A DNA stretch of 64,000 nucleotides from Acidobacteriota bacterium (GCA_965263035.1 OZ253580.1:2144001-2208000); one strand, 5' to 3'. Counted from the first letter of the stretch, positions 11,327 through 21,187 are shown. Notes: generated by a model from the letters alone, not told the origin. A program made the numbers and translations.

Positions 11327-12067
11327 TCAATGTTCCACGGGAATGCCTTCCAGCAACCCCGCGTGATGCATGGAGTTCCACTCATCCAGAAAGGTCTGGT
11401 TCCAGGTCTCCGTCAGCGGATGCTTCATCATTTCCTGAAAAATGTTCCAGAAGATGATGATGCCGTCGGCGCCGTCCCGGAGCGCCCGGTAGGCCGTGTC
11501 GGCGGAGCGGACCAGGGCGGCGGTCACGAAGGGTCGGTGCTCCCATCCCCGGAACATGGCCACGCACTCCCGGATCAGCTGGGTGGGGTCGCCTCCGACC
11601 TCCTTGACCGGCTCACAGAAGGGGAGGATATGGGTGGCTCCGGCCTGGGCCACGGCCGCCGCCTGGGTCAGGGAGAAGACGGTGGTGCAGAAGGTCTGAA
11701 CGCCCTGGCGCTTCAACTCCCGGAAGGCGCCCAGACCGTGGACGGTGCAAGGGATCTTGAGGATGATCCGATCCGACAGACGTGTGAAGACCTCCCCCAC
11801 CCGAAGCAGTTCAGCGGTGGAATGGCCGTCGACCTCTATCACTACCGGCTTGTCGGTAATGTCCAGATAGCGCTGGGCGACATCGAGGATCTGGCCGTAT
11901 TTCTGGACCATCTGGTTCAGGACCACCGTGTTGGTGACGATGCCCGCCGCTCCCAGGGGCAACCACTTTTCCAGGTCCGCCGGATCGCCGGCCAGCCAGA
12001 TGGCTGGGCCGGTTCCCGCGGATCTCGCTTCGGTACATGGTCCTCGAGTGTTGTTCTCTTGTGTCAC
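11327..12067 (-). CDS. Divergent transaldolase/FSA-family class I aldolase
   Basis: GIVTN, IEV, LKIPCT (Schiff-base Lys), TVFSLTQA, AGATHILPF, AALVR. Confidence 0.82.
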   Translation of the reverse strand: MTQENNTRGPCTEARSAGTGPAIWLAGDPADLEKWLPLGAAGIVTNTVVLNQMVQKYGQILDVAQRYLDITDKPVVIEVDGHSTAELLRVGEVFTRLSDRIILKIPCTVHGLGAFRELKRQGVQTFCTTVFSLTQAAAVAQAGATHILPFCEPVKEVGGDPTQLIRECVAMFRGWEHRPFVTAALVRSADTAYRALRDGADGIIIFWNIFQEMMKHPLTETWNQTFLDEWNSMHHAGLLEGIPVEH

Positions 12068-12131
12068 GTCATGCTCCTGAGAAATTCAAAGTCTTAACTG
12101 CGGGCGGCCGTCTCACCCCGGAGGGCGCGAT

Positions 12132-12213
12132 GGGGGGCGGCTTTCCAGTCACCCGTTGCTTCTGTACGCCATTTGTTTCTCCGGAGTCCGGCGGTTAGGA
12201 AACCGCCGCTCCC
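12132..12213. repeat. GGAG-type REP doublet overlapping the 3' end of the Gfo/Idh/MocA gene
   Basis: GGGGGGCGGCTTTCCAGTCACCCG ... GGCGGTTAGGAAACCGCCGCTCCC; right arm nearly identical to 46350-46371. Confidence 0.72.
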
Positions 12214-13505
12214 CAGGGTCCCCGGTACTCCTTGGTCAGGAGCCGGTTGGCCTCCGGGTGATTGGTGATGGTCTCGCTCTCCGGATCGAACTCCAGCACC
12301 TTGCCCGTCCGGTAGGCGACCTCGCCCAAGTGGACCAGGGCACAGGACCGGTGGACCTGAAGGGCCGGAGCCAAAGGCTGCTGCCGGGTCCGGACGCAGT
12401 CCAGAAAATTGGACAGGTGCTGACCCTTTCCCCTGTCCCGGACGGCCTCCCCTACTCCCATCGAAGGGCCCTTCTCCTCTTTCCGGCCCAGATAGACCTG
12501 AAAGAAGCCGCGGCGGGAGAAGACCATGAAGCCCTCGGTCCCGTAGAAGGCGTTGCCACTGTCCACTCCGTAACGCCCGTAGGGAGTCCAGCCCCGGTCC
12601 TCGTAGATGAGCACCTTTCCCTCGGCAAAGTGGTAGGCCACCATCATGTTGTCGGGAAACTCGCGTTCCAGGCTTTCCATATCAACCCGGCTTCCGTGCG
12701 CCGTGATCCGGACGGGGTGGGTCTTGGGAGCGAGACCGAAATGGGCCATGTCCAGGTCATGAATGCCGTCTCCCCCGATATCCCCGTTGCCATAGTCACG
12801 GTACCAGTTCCAGTTGCCGTGAAAGCGGTTGGGATTGAAGGGCCGTTTGGGAGCCGGACCCAGCCACATGTCGTAATCGACTCCCGGAGGGACCGGAGCG
12901 TCCGGCGCCGGTTTCCGGGGGTTGTGCCGCTGCAGGTTCCAGGCCTTGGACATCCTGACCTCGCCGATGACCCCCGAATCCAGGAGTTCCCGGGCCTTGG
13001 CCGTGACCCGGCTGGAGCGCATCTGGGTGCCATGCTGCACGATGCGCCCCGTCTCTTCGACCGTATCGACCAGGACGCGTCCTTCCCGAAAGACGTGGGA
13101 GCCCGGTTTTTCCAGGTAGACGTCCTTACCGGCGCGAAGTGCCCGCACCGCCATGGGAACGTGCCAATGATGGGGCGTGGCCACCACCACGGCGTCGATG
13201 GAGGTGTCCTCCAGCACGTGCCGGAAGTCCTTGACCATCTTGGGCCACTGCCCGGTGGCGTCGTGAACCTTCTTGGACTCCCGCTCCAGCATGCTCTGGT
13301 CCACGTCGCAAAGGCAGGCGCAGACGGCATCCGGAACCTCCAGGAGGCGGCTCACGTGGACGCGGCCCATGCCCCGAAGCCCGATGACGGCCACCACGAC
13401 CCGGTCGTTGGCCGAGACTCGGCGGGACCTTGCCGCCAGAGAGGAGACGGCGGCCGCGCCTGCCGCCGACACGTTCATGAATTCCCGGCGAGTGACGCTT
13501 TTCAT
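12195..13505 (-). CDS. Tat-exported Gfo/Idh/MocA oxidoreductase
   Basis: TRREF Tat motif, IGLRGMG, ATPHHWH, YLEKP, GDGIHDLD. Confidence 0.92.
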   Translation of the reverse strand: MKSVTRREFMNVSAAGAAAVSSLAARSRRVSANDRVVVAVIGLRGMGRVHVSRLLEVPDAVCACLCDVDQSMLERESKKVHDATGQWPKMVKDFRHVLEDTSIDAVVVATPHHWHVPMAVRALRAGKDVYLEKPGSHVFREGRVLVDTVEETGRIVQHGTQMRSSRVTAKARELLDSGVIGEVRMSKAWNLQRHNPRKPAPDAPVPPGVDYDMWLGPAPKRPFNPNRFHGNWNWYRDYGNGDIGGDGIHDLDMAHFGLAPKTHPVRITAHGSRVDMESLEREFPDNMMVAYHFAEGKVLIYEDRGWTPYGRYGVDSGNAFYGTEGFMVFSRRGFFQVYLGRKEEKGPSMGVGEAVRDRGKGQHLSNFLDCVRTRQQPLAPALQVHRSCALVHLGEVAYRTGKVLEFDPESETITNHPEANRLLTKEYRGPWGAAVS

Positions 13506-14575
13506 GCCTTCGCTCCCTCCCGGCTCGTCTTGGCTCCAGCTTGGACTTTCCGGATCATCTCACTGAGCCTCTGGTAGTTGATCCGCATGGCGTCGATCCG
13601 CGTGCCTCCCGGTGGAATGAAGTGGGTCGCCAGGGAAAGGACCGCATCCGAGCCATGGTCCTGCAGGCGGCGCAGAACCTCCGGGTAGTCGACGTCGCCG
13701 TCTCCCAAGGCCCGATACTCGAACTTCAGGTTCAGACCGTCCATGACATGGAGGTCCTTCAAGTGCAGACCGTGCAGGTAGGGGCGAATGTTGTTGAATC
13801 CGGCCGTGGCCACGTCCCATTCGCCCGAGTTGTAGTTGTCGGCGGGACCCCACATCACCTTCAGGCGGGAGGAACCCACGGCCTCCGCCACCCGGCGGAA
13901 GTTGCCGGTGGTATTGGTGTAGTTCCAAGGCATCATGGAGAGCGCCACGTCCACGCCGTGCTTCTCGGCCGCTTCCGCCACCAACGTGAAGGCGGCCACC
14001 AGCTTCTCCATGTCGACCTTGGCGATGTATCCTCCCCGGGTCAGCCAGCGCATGGGCCAGGTCGGCTTGCCCGCCTTGTATTCTCCGGGCCAGGCGAAGG
14101 TGAAGGATCCCACGGCGCCGACGCCGATCCGGGAGGCAATCTCCATGCAGCGCACCAAGTCGGCCAAGTCGGTTCGAAAGCCTTCGTGTTCGGTGAGCTT
14201 GTCCTTCTTCAAATCGGTCAGGTGGATGTGCTTGAAGGTGGAGCCGGCGCTCAGCAGGAAGATCTCCAGTCCGTGCCGCTGCACCCTCTGCGCCATACGG
14301 TCCGCCTCGGCGTCGCTCAACCGGGCGATCTCGGCCTCCTTGTGGAGATTGTGGAACCAGACCGACTCGACTCCAATCTCCTTGGCCGTGGCCAGCGCCT
14401 GGTCGAAGGGGAGTTGGAGCTCCGGCAGGAACATCCCCAACTTGAACCGGTACCGGTCCATTTCCGCCGGCGGACCCGGCGCCGGCCGGGCTTCCCCTGT
14501 GGACGAGCTCAACCCATAGGCCGCGACACCTCCCAGAGCGCTGCCGGCATTTCGAAAAAACTTCCTTCTCTTCAT
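13502..14575 (-). CDS. Tat-exported sugar phosphate isomerase/epimerase (AP endonuclease 2 TIM barrel)
   Basis: MKRRKFF Tat signal (ATG 14575); KVMWGPADN, HGLHLKD, LGDGDVDY. Confidence 0.82.
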   Translation of the reverse strand: MKRRKFFRNAGSALGGVAAYGLSSSTGEARPAPGPPAEMDRYRFKLGMFLPELQLPFDQALATAKEIGVESVWFHNLHKEAEIARLSDAEADRMAQRVQRHGLEIFLLSAGSTFKHIHLTDLKKDKLTEHEGFRTDLADLVRCMEIASRIGVGAVGSFTFAWPGEYKAGKPTWPMRWLTRGGYIAKVDMEKLVAAFTLVAEAAEKHGVDVALSMMPWNYTNTTGNFRRVAEAVGSSRLKVMWGPADNYNSGEWDVATAGFNNIRPYLHGLHLKDLHVMDGLNLKFEYRALGDGDVDYPEVLRRLQDHGSDAVLSLATHFIPPGGTRIDAMRINYQRLSEMIRKVQAGAKTSREGAKA

Positions 14576-14680
14576 CCGATGCCTCCTTGAATCCGCGCAT
14601 CCGGCGTCCAGCCCGCTCCGGCGTCCGAAACCGCACTGGATATCTGCAGCGGAAGTCGCCATCGACCTCCAATCGTCATT

Positions 14681-15637
14681 TCAGGAGATGTTCGCCGCCC
14701 GGCCGGGATTCCGGATCAGGATGGCGTCCACGGCGTCCTGTTCGACCCCCTCTCGCCGCAGCCGCGGAAGAAAATCGCTCCAGAAATAATCATATCCCCT
14801 TCCGCCGTTGGCCCGCAGGTGGGAAAGACGACACGTATCAGTGGCTACGAGCAGTTGGTCCTGGTACCCCAGACGGACCATCGAGGCCAGACGGCGGGCC
14901 CGGATCTCATCGGTCGGACAACCGGGCCACTCATCGATCCAGCCGATGAGATCGAACTCCACGTAGGCGCCCCGCTCCAGGATGGGCAGGTAGTACTCCA
15001 GGTCTTTTTCCTCATTGTCGTGGTAGTGGGCGTCGCAGTGTCCGATGACCACCCTGGAGAGATCGGCTCCCGCGGCCTCCAGCAGGTTCAGTTGGGCGTG
15101 GCCTGCCCGGCCCAGGCAGGCATGGGTGGAGATGAGGGCCCCCGTCCGCTTCTGGGCCCTGGCGGCCGCTTGAAACACCCGGGTCTCGCCTTCCGTCAGA
15201 CGGTATCCGGCGAAATCGGGCTCAGGCCGGTTGTGGCTCCCGATCTCGCCGATGAAGCCGGCGGGGATACCCTCCTCGCCCTCCTCGATCTCACGAACGA
15301 AGAAGTCCTCGATCTGGCCGACGGTGGCCGTGGTCAACCACTGCGGATAACTGTCCTCCTGGTAGAAGGCGATACCCCGAACGATGTGGACGCCGGACTC
15401 CGCGCTGATCCGGCGCAAGGCCGCAGCGTCTCCCTCCAGGTCCACCGGGGTCACCTCCAAAATGCCCCGGCCGCCGGCCGCCGTGAACGATCCCAGTTCG
15501 CGGACGATCAACTCCCAGTCCACCATGGCATTGTCGAGATTGCCGGAGTGGCGGGCGATGTTGCAGTACAGATGCTCGTGGGCCAGGGCGGGTCCGAACT
15601 GATCTTCCTGGATTTCGCCAAGCACGGTACGGATCAT
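14681..15637 (-). CDS. Phosphotriesterase-family (PHP-like) metallohydrolase/lactonase
   Basis: AHEHL, GFIGEIG (Glu bridging ligand), ISTH, VIGHCD, LVATD, NPGR. Confidence 0.9.
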   Translation of the reverse strand: MIRTVLGEIQEDQFGPALAHEHLYCNIARHSGNLDNAMVDWELIVRELGSFTAAGGRGILEVTPVDLEGDAAALRRISAESGVHIVRGIAFYQEDSYPQWLTTATVGQIEDFFVREIEEGEEGIPAGFIGEIGSHNRPEPDFAGYRLTEGETRVFQAAARAQKRTGALISTHACLGRAGHAQLNLLEAAGADLSRVVIGHCDAHYHDNEEKDLEYYLPILERGAYVEFDLIGWIDEWPGCPTDEIRARRLASMVRLGYQDQLLVATDTCRLSHLRANGGRGYDYFWSDFLPRLRREGVEQDAVDAILIRNPGRAANIS

Positions 15638-15671
15638 CGTTCAATCGAACTCAGGTGGAGGCCAGCCGCGG

Positions 15672-16775
15672 TCAGATTCGCTCCAGATGGGGGTCGACCT
15701 CAATCGCGGGTTTGGAGAGGATTCGAGAAAAGATCAGGGCCATAACCAGCACCAGCGCGACTCCGAACACCGCAAAATAAATGAACCGGCTGTTCAGATT
15801 CCGGAAGGGGGAGAACACCTCGTCGTACGGCTGTTGGACGACAAGGATCCAGTTCAATTCCGGCATTTGGTCCTTGAGGCGCGACCGCGGCAGTCCCAGA
15901 AAGACACGGCGCTCCTCCGCCGGCAGAGCCAGGACCTCGGTCGCGTCGGCGTAGCGCGGGCCCGGCTCGTCCAGGGAGACCGTTTCAGAGAACCGGTAGC
16001 GCACCGTCCTCTCCGGACCCAAAATCCCCTTGCCGTCCGAGGTGATGAGGACGGCCTCGGAGGTCGGTCCCAACCGGGTCGCCGCCACCAGAGCGGAGAT
16101 CGCATGGCTGTCCACGATGGCCTTGATCACCCCGATGACCTGGTTCGAGGAGGGATCTCGAACCGGATGGGCGATCTCCATGCCGTAGACGTTGGCGCTC
16201 TCATCGAACTGGATGTCTCCGTGGTATCGGTTCCCCTGGCCCTCCTGATAGGCATACTGCCACCACCGTTCGTCCGCCTGGTAGTAGTCGCTGGTCTTGT
16301 TGCTGGCGGCGACCAGACGTCCCATCCCGTCCGTGACCAGGATCTCCCGGAAATTGGCGGTGATAGTGTTGAACTGACGTACGAACTGGGAAGCCTCGTT
16401 GTTCAGGATCCGGGACTGCAAGCGGGAGTTCTCCGGGTCTCGCGTCACCCAATCCCCTTCCACCTCCTCCACTTGGCTGTCGAGATCCTTTCCTTCCAGC
16501 CGGTTCCGGTTGGAGTCGGCCGCGGCATCCACGATCTGGGACACGCGGGCCAGGTTGCTCACCTCGTTGCTGATCCGTTCCAGGTAGTTCAAGAGCTGGG
16601 TCTGAGCACTGTCGGCCGCTGAGCTGAAGTGGTCGGCGGCCACCTCCGTATAGGTCGTGCGAGCCCCGTTGATGAGGACCAAGTGTCCTATCAACAGAGG
16701 AGGAATCCCCAAGAGCAGGAAGAGAATCAGAATTCTAGGCCGGATACGTACTTCGGGTTTCGACTGCGCCACCAT
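15672..16775 (-). CDS. Stand-alone dCache sensor protein (TM-Cache-TM, no output domain)
   Basis: EILVTDGMGRLVAASNKTSDYYQADERWWQ, FDESA, IGVIKA, WILVVQQP; only about 14 residues after TM2. Confidence 0.82.
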   Translation of the reverse strand: MVAQSKPEVRIRPRILILFLLLGIPPLLIGHLVLINGARTTYTEVAADHFSSAADSAQTQLLNYLERISNEVSNLARVSQIVDAAADSNRNRLEGKDLDSQVEEVEGDWVTRDPENSRLQSRILNNEASQFVRQFNTITANFREILVTDGMGRLVAASNKTSDYYQADERWWQYAYQEGQGNRYHGDIQFDESANVYGMEIAHPVRDPSSNQVIGVIKAIVDSHAISALVAATRLGPTSEAVLITSDGKGILGPERTVRYRFSETVSLDEPGPRYADATEVLALPAEERRVFLGLPRSRLKDQMPELNWILVVQQPYDEVFSPFRNLNSRFIYFAVFGVALVLVMALIFSRILSKPAIEVDPHLERI

Positions 16776-16999
16776 AGGGACCCCCTCCGGTTTCGGTACG
16801 ACGCGGCGGGTTTTTCACCGCAGACTGTTGGGGTGCATGTTACTCGTCGGAGTGGACCGGATCAAACTCGCGCAGCCGTCTGACCCTTTGATTCTACCAT
16901 TACCTGTAGAGTCCGACGACGCCAAACGGCGCGCCCGATCTCCCACCGGCTCTCCGTCGCCGGGACCCCCCCGGCGACAAACCGAATAACGGCACGGTT

Positions 17000-17817
17000 A
17001 TGAAGGAGAGCACCATGAGCAACACGGCTCGATTCGTGATCGGAATCATCTTGCTGATCTTGTCCGCTCCGGACCCACGCGCGGCCCCGGACGGCAAGGC
17101 TGCCGTGGCAGGAACGGTAATCGACTCCTCCGGCCGGGCTCACCACTACTCCAACACCAGGCAATCCAACCAGCTCAGCCGCCTGAATCTGAGCAAGCCC
17201 GGAAGCTGGGAAACCATCGCCCAAGGTCCCCGGCTGCAAGGACTGGCCATGGTGGCCCACGGCGGCAAGCTGTACCGCGCCGGCGGATTCACGGCCCACA
17301 ACGAAGAGGGTGATGGGCATGACTTGCGCTCCATCGCAGAATTCGTCCGCTTCGACCCGGATACGGGACAATGGGAATCCCTACCCGATCTACCGGAGCC
17401 CCGCTCGTCCCACGACGCCGTCGTGATCCACGGCAAGCTCTACGTCATGGGGGAATGCAGCCCAGGGGCGGCCCGACGACACGAGTCGATGTCTTTGATC
17501 CGGCCTGCGGCCAGTGGTCGCAGGGGCCCAGCAAAATCGAGACCCGCGCCGACGCCGACCGGGGCAAGGGGATGGAGGGATTCGGTTCCTCTGCCTATAC
17601 CTTGGGAGGATGTCTCATCGTCAGCACCTACGACGGCGACGTCCGGGTTCTGGAGCCCGGCGCCGGCGAGTGGAAGATCGCGGCCCGGCTCAAGGCCGAC
17701 AGGTTCTTTCACCGCATGCTGCCGTTCGAAAGCCGGCTACTGCTCGATGGTGGCACGAGTATGCGGAGTGGCAAACGCCTTCACTTCGAGACGGTCGAAT
17801 TATCCAGACTCAGATAA
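17000..17817 (+). pseudogene. Exported Kelch-repeat protein, frameshifted
   Basis: Kelch motifs KLYRAGG, PRSSHDAVVIHGKLYVMG continue in another frame as GMQPRGGPTTRVDVFDP..RFFHRMLP; shift at G5 run 17449-17453. Confidence 0.8.
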
Positions 17818-17871
17818 CCCACTACCGTCGGGTGAGAAGTGCCCCCTCCCAGCAAGAACGACCGATCCCGT

Positions 17872-19404
17872 TTACCGGAAGCGAAGGGAGTAGAGGTCAG
17901 CGTCTCTCATGGAGATCCTGAGGCGAACGGTGCGGCCCGCAAGTCCCTCGACGCTGGAGCCGGCCCGCCACGTCACCTCCCGCTGGATTTCGTCTCCGTA
18001 GATCTCCGGGCAATCCTCAAGGGCATAGCCTGCGATCGGAGTGCCCGACTTATTCTGGATCTCCACGCGGATGCTTCCCGCTGCCGAGGTCGAGTAGTTG
18101 AGAACCAGCCTCGACCCGGAGAACTTCAAGAGCCGGGTCCGGACGACGCCTCCCCGGTAGGGGGCGCGAAGGGAGACGAAGCCATCCTCGCGCAACACCG
18201 CCCGGCGGATCCGAACCTGGTCCGTCTTGGCCTGCTCGGCGTAGTACAGGGACATCTCGCCGGCAGCCGTGGGCACCAGCGCCGGCCCTGCCTGGATGGC
18301 CCGTTCATGCCAGTTCAAAGGGTTCGGCCCGGGGCGGAGGAACGCCTCCATGAAGCGCCGGTCGAAGTTCAGGCCGTCCCGGCTGAACATGAAGACCACG
18401 TCCGACTGACCGGGTAACGGCCAGTCGGCGTGAAACTTCCGGGTGGGGAGAAAACGTTTCGGGAACATGAGGATCAGGTCGGGTCGCCGATAGTAGGGCA
18501 GGGCCGAGTTCTTGTAGAGGTGCTCCAAGGGCGTCTCGCCGAGACCGATGTATTCGGGCTCGGACCAGTTCCGGAAGTCCTTGGAGGTGAAGCGGCGGAT
18601 GTCCCGGATCCGGCTGACCTTCTCGACCACTCCCGAAGGACGCCTCATCAGGAGATGGTGGGGTCCCTTGCCCACCGTCTTTCCGTCCAGGGGCTTGCTG
18701 CCCCGGCGGTACCAACCCCGGGCGTAGATGGCGTAGTGCCCCCGCGCTCCGTCCCAGAGGATGATGTTGTGCGAGTCGAAGGCTCCGTCTCCCAGTGGCG
18801 GAACGACAATGGGTTCCTTCTGGACCATGCGCCAGCGCAGGCCGTCGGGGGAGACCAGACCGTACAGCAGGGCGATGTCCCGGCCCGAGGGCAGGGTGGT
18901 TCCCTGGTTGGTGATGGCCTTGTAGCGTTCCTGCGGGTCTGCTTCGGGATTCCCGTCCTTGACCACGGAGACGGACCGGCCCTTGCCCCCAGGCACCGGC
19001 CAAACCAGGTTGTTCTCCTTCGACCCGTCGTGCTGGATGAGGCCCAATTTCGGCTTCACCCAATGGACCCCGTCCAGGCTCTCGGCGTAGGCGGTGTAGA
19101 TGGGTTTCTCCACGGCCCGGGCCCGATACCACATCCGGTATCGGTATCCGTCCTGGATGACCACCGGGTTGTAGATGGCGTGGTCCTCCCAGGGACGGTC
19201 CCGCCGCAGGACGATCTCCCGCGGCTCCGGACGGTGCAGGACGTGACGCACGTTGTCCAGGCTCTCGATCAGCCAGTCGTCCCAGAGCGGCTGGAGTTGG
19301 CTTCCTACGTCCCGCACCTCGGAGGGAGCCGAGATGCCCATCGAAAACAGCCCGCAGAAGAGCAGACCGGCCGCCACCCAGCCTCTGCCTGGAGGTGAGG
19401 TCAT
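17872..19404 (-). CDS. Exported GH32-like/Asp-box beta-propeller protein
   Basis: Signal peptide; SxDGxxW repeats; C-terminal LREDGFVSL...ADLYSLRFR shared with 21188, 24589 and 46585. Confidence 0.75.
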   Translation of the reverse strand: MTSPPGRGWVAAGLLFCGLFSMGISAPSEVRDVGSQLQPLWDDWLIESLDNVRHVLHRPEPREIVLRRDRPWEDHAIYNPVVIQDGYRYRMWYRARAVEKPIYTAYAESLDGVHWVKPKLGLIQHDGSKENNLVWPVPGGKGRSVSVVKDGNPEADPQERYKAITNQGTTLPSGRDIALLYGLVSPDGLRWRMVQKEPIVVPPLGDGAFDSHNIILWDGARGHYAIYARGWYRRGSKPLDGKTVGKGPHHLLMRRPSGVVEKVSRIRDIRRFTSKDFRNWSEPEYIGLGETPLEHLYKNSALPYYRRPDLILMFPKRFLPTRKFHADWPLPGQSDVVFMFSRDGLNFDRRFMEAFLRPGPNPLNWHERAIQAGPALVPTAAGEMSLYYAEQAKTDQVRIRRAVLREDGFVSLRAPYRGGVVRTRLLKFSGSRLVLNYSTSAAGSIRVEIQNKSGTPIAGYALEDCPEIYGDEIQREVTWRAGSSVEGLAGRTVRLRISMRDADLYSLRFR

Positions 19405-21125
19405 GTCCGGAAGTCCTCGGGTGAGAAGTAGACTCCGTAGAGATGGGACTTTGTTCGGGGATCGCCCCGATTGCTGTAATCCACCATGAACACGCGTCCG
19501 TCCTCCAGTTCCACCCAGGAGGAGTAGCCGTTGTCGGGCCGGTGGGTGGCGGACGGTGTATTGGCATGGAGTTCCAGCATGTGGTCCAGTTGGTACTGGT
19601 CGGGATACTCGCCGCTACGGGCATCCCACTCCCATTGGTGATGCGGCTCGGTCTCGTTGCTGACCTGGTAGGCGGCACGGCTCCACCAGCTCTTTCCCTT
19701 TCCGTTCTCCGCCCGCCCGAACCAGGTCTCCAGCAGCGGAAAGTCGTTGTACAGAGCCCGGCTCATGACCACCTTGCCGTCGACCTGGACAGTGAACAGT
19801 CCCTTCCAGGCGTTGAGCCGGATGAGTCTGGGCTTCGTCATGTCCACCTTGTGGATCAGGTCGATGCGGCCGCCGCTGGCCCGGTTGGGACCCAGGTCCC
19901 GTTTGGGTGCGTAGAGCCGAAGGGCGTTGCTGCAGACGTCCAATCGCCGTTCCAGGCGGCCGATCTCCAATGAGGCGATGGGCTGGTCGGGAGGACCCTC
20001 GACTCGAAGCCCCGACTCAAGGAAGAGGTCGCTACGGAAGTTCTCGGGGGGCAGGAGAACATACTGGGTCACGGCGCCGGGGATGTCCTCGATGCACAGC
20101 TCTCCGGACTCGAGCTTCACCCGGTCGTGGTAGTGGACCCCTCCCGGCTTGAAACCGGGGTTGCGCCGCAGGTCTCCGATCCAGGCGTGGGTGCCCCGAT
20201 TCCCCGACCGGTTCCGATAGGTGACCAGGACCCGCCCGTCGGGAAGTTCCTTGGCGTAGGGACGGTCTCCCGCGAAGGGCATGGGTTCGGGCCGGCTCCA
20301 GTTCCGGCCCCCGTCGTGGGAGAAGCAGAGGTACGAGGGGTATCCGTGATGGTTGCTCTCCCGCAGCACGCAGGCGAGGGAGCCGTCCGCAAGGACCACG
20401 ATGGCGGCTTCCGAATGATGGTGGACCGCGTCGGCGGCTACCATGCTCCGGTCCTTCCAGGTCATCCCACCGTCGGTGGAGCGCATGACGAACACGCCGA
20501 TCTTGCGCGTGGCCTTGAAGAAGATCTGGGAGGCCATCAGCAGGGTCCCGTCATTCAGCTCCACGATCCGGTCCGGCTCGAAACCCGGGACCCCAGTCAG
20601 GTGGGGTTCGCTCCAGCTCCGGCCCTCGTCCGAGCTGAACCAGCTCCAGATCCCGGGAGGCTGATCCTCATGGATGTGGCTGAAGTCGTTCTGGTCGCAG
20701 ATGATGACCAGCCGCCCGTCGCTGAAGCGGCTGATCCGGGGGGTCACCCAGCGCTCCTCCCCTTGTCGCGGGTCCGCCTCCGAGACCACCCGCGGGTTTC
20801 CCCAGGTCTTCCCGCCGTCATGGCTCTCCAGGGTCGTGAGCCGGGTCGTCTCCTGCGGCCAGTGGGCGTCGCAGTCGTTGTAGACCAGCATCAACTTCCC
20901 GCCGGGGAACCGGATCAGGTCGGGGTTCTTGGTGAAGCGCCCTTCGGGCCTCCAGACCATGACCTGGCGGTCGGCCACGGCGTCCAGTGAGCGCATTCGG
21001 CTGCGCCGGCCGGCGGACGCGGCGGACAACGTGGTGCCGGGAAATACCGGGGAAACGGAGGCGAAGGCTCCGGCTCCCAGAGACCGGTTCAGAAAACGGC
21101 GTCGATTCAAGACCATTCTTTTCAT
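19401..21125 (-). CDS. Tat-exported sialidase-like BNR-repeat protein
   Basis: NRRRFL Tat signal; Asp-boxes SHDGGKTW, SSDEGRSW, STDGGMTW, SHDGGRNW; DNGYS. Confidence 0.82.
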   Translation of the reverse strand: MKRMVLNRRRFLNRSLGAGAFASVSPVFPGTTLSAASAGRRSRMRSLDAVADRQVMVWRPEGRFTKNPDLIRFPGGKLMLVYNDCDAHWPQETTRLTTLESHDGGKTWGNPRVVSEADPRQGEERWVTPRISRFSDGRLVIICDQNDFSHIHEDQPPGIWSWFSSDEGRSWSEPHLTGVPGFEPDRIVELNDGTLLMASQIFFKATRKIGVFVMRSTDGGMTWKDRSMVAADAVHHHSEAAIVVLADGSLACVLRESNHHGYPSYLCFSHDGGRNWSRPEPMPFAGDRPYAKELPDGRVLVTYRNRSGNRGTHAWIGDLRRNPGFKPGGVHYHDRVKLESGELCIEDIPGAVTQYVLLPPENFRSDLFLESGLRVEGPPDQPIASLEIGRLERRLDVCSNALRLYAPKRDLGPNRASGGRIDLIHKVDMTKPRLIRLNAWKGLFTVQVDGKVVMSRALYNDFPLLETWFGRAENGKGKSWWSRAAYQVSNETEPHHQWEWDARSGEYPDQYQLDHMLELHANTPSATHRPDNGYSSWVELEDGRVFMVDYSNRGDPRTKSHLYGVYFSPEDFRT

Positions 21126-21153
21126 TTCGAACCTCCAACGGGCAATGAGGAAT

Positions 21154-21178
21154 GGGGGACAAGACTGTCCACCCTCCC
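21154..21178 (-). repeat. GGAG-type REP-like hairpin
   Basis: GGGGGACAAGACTGTCCACCCTCCC, similar to 26307-26364 and 44826-44851. Confidence 0.7.
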
Positions 21179-21187
21179 GGGTCGTTG

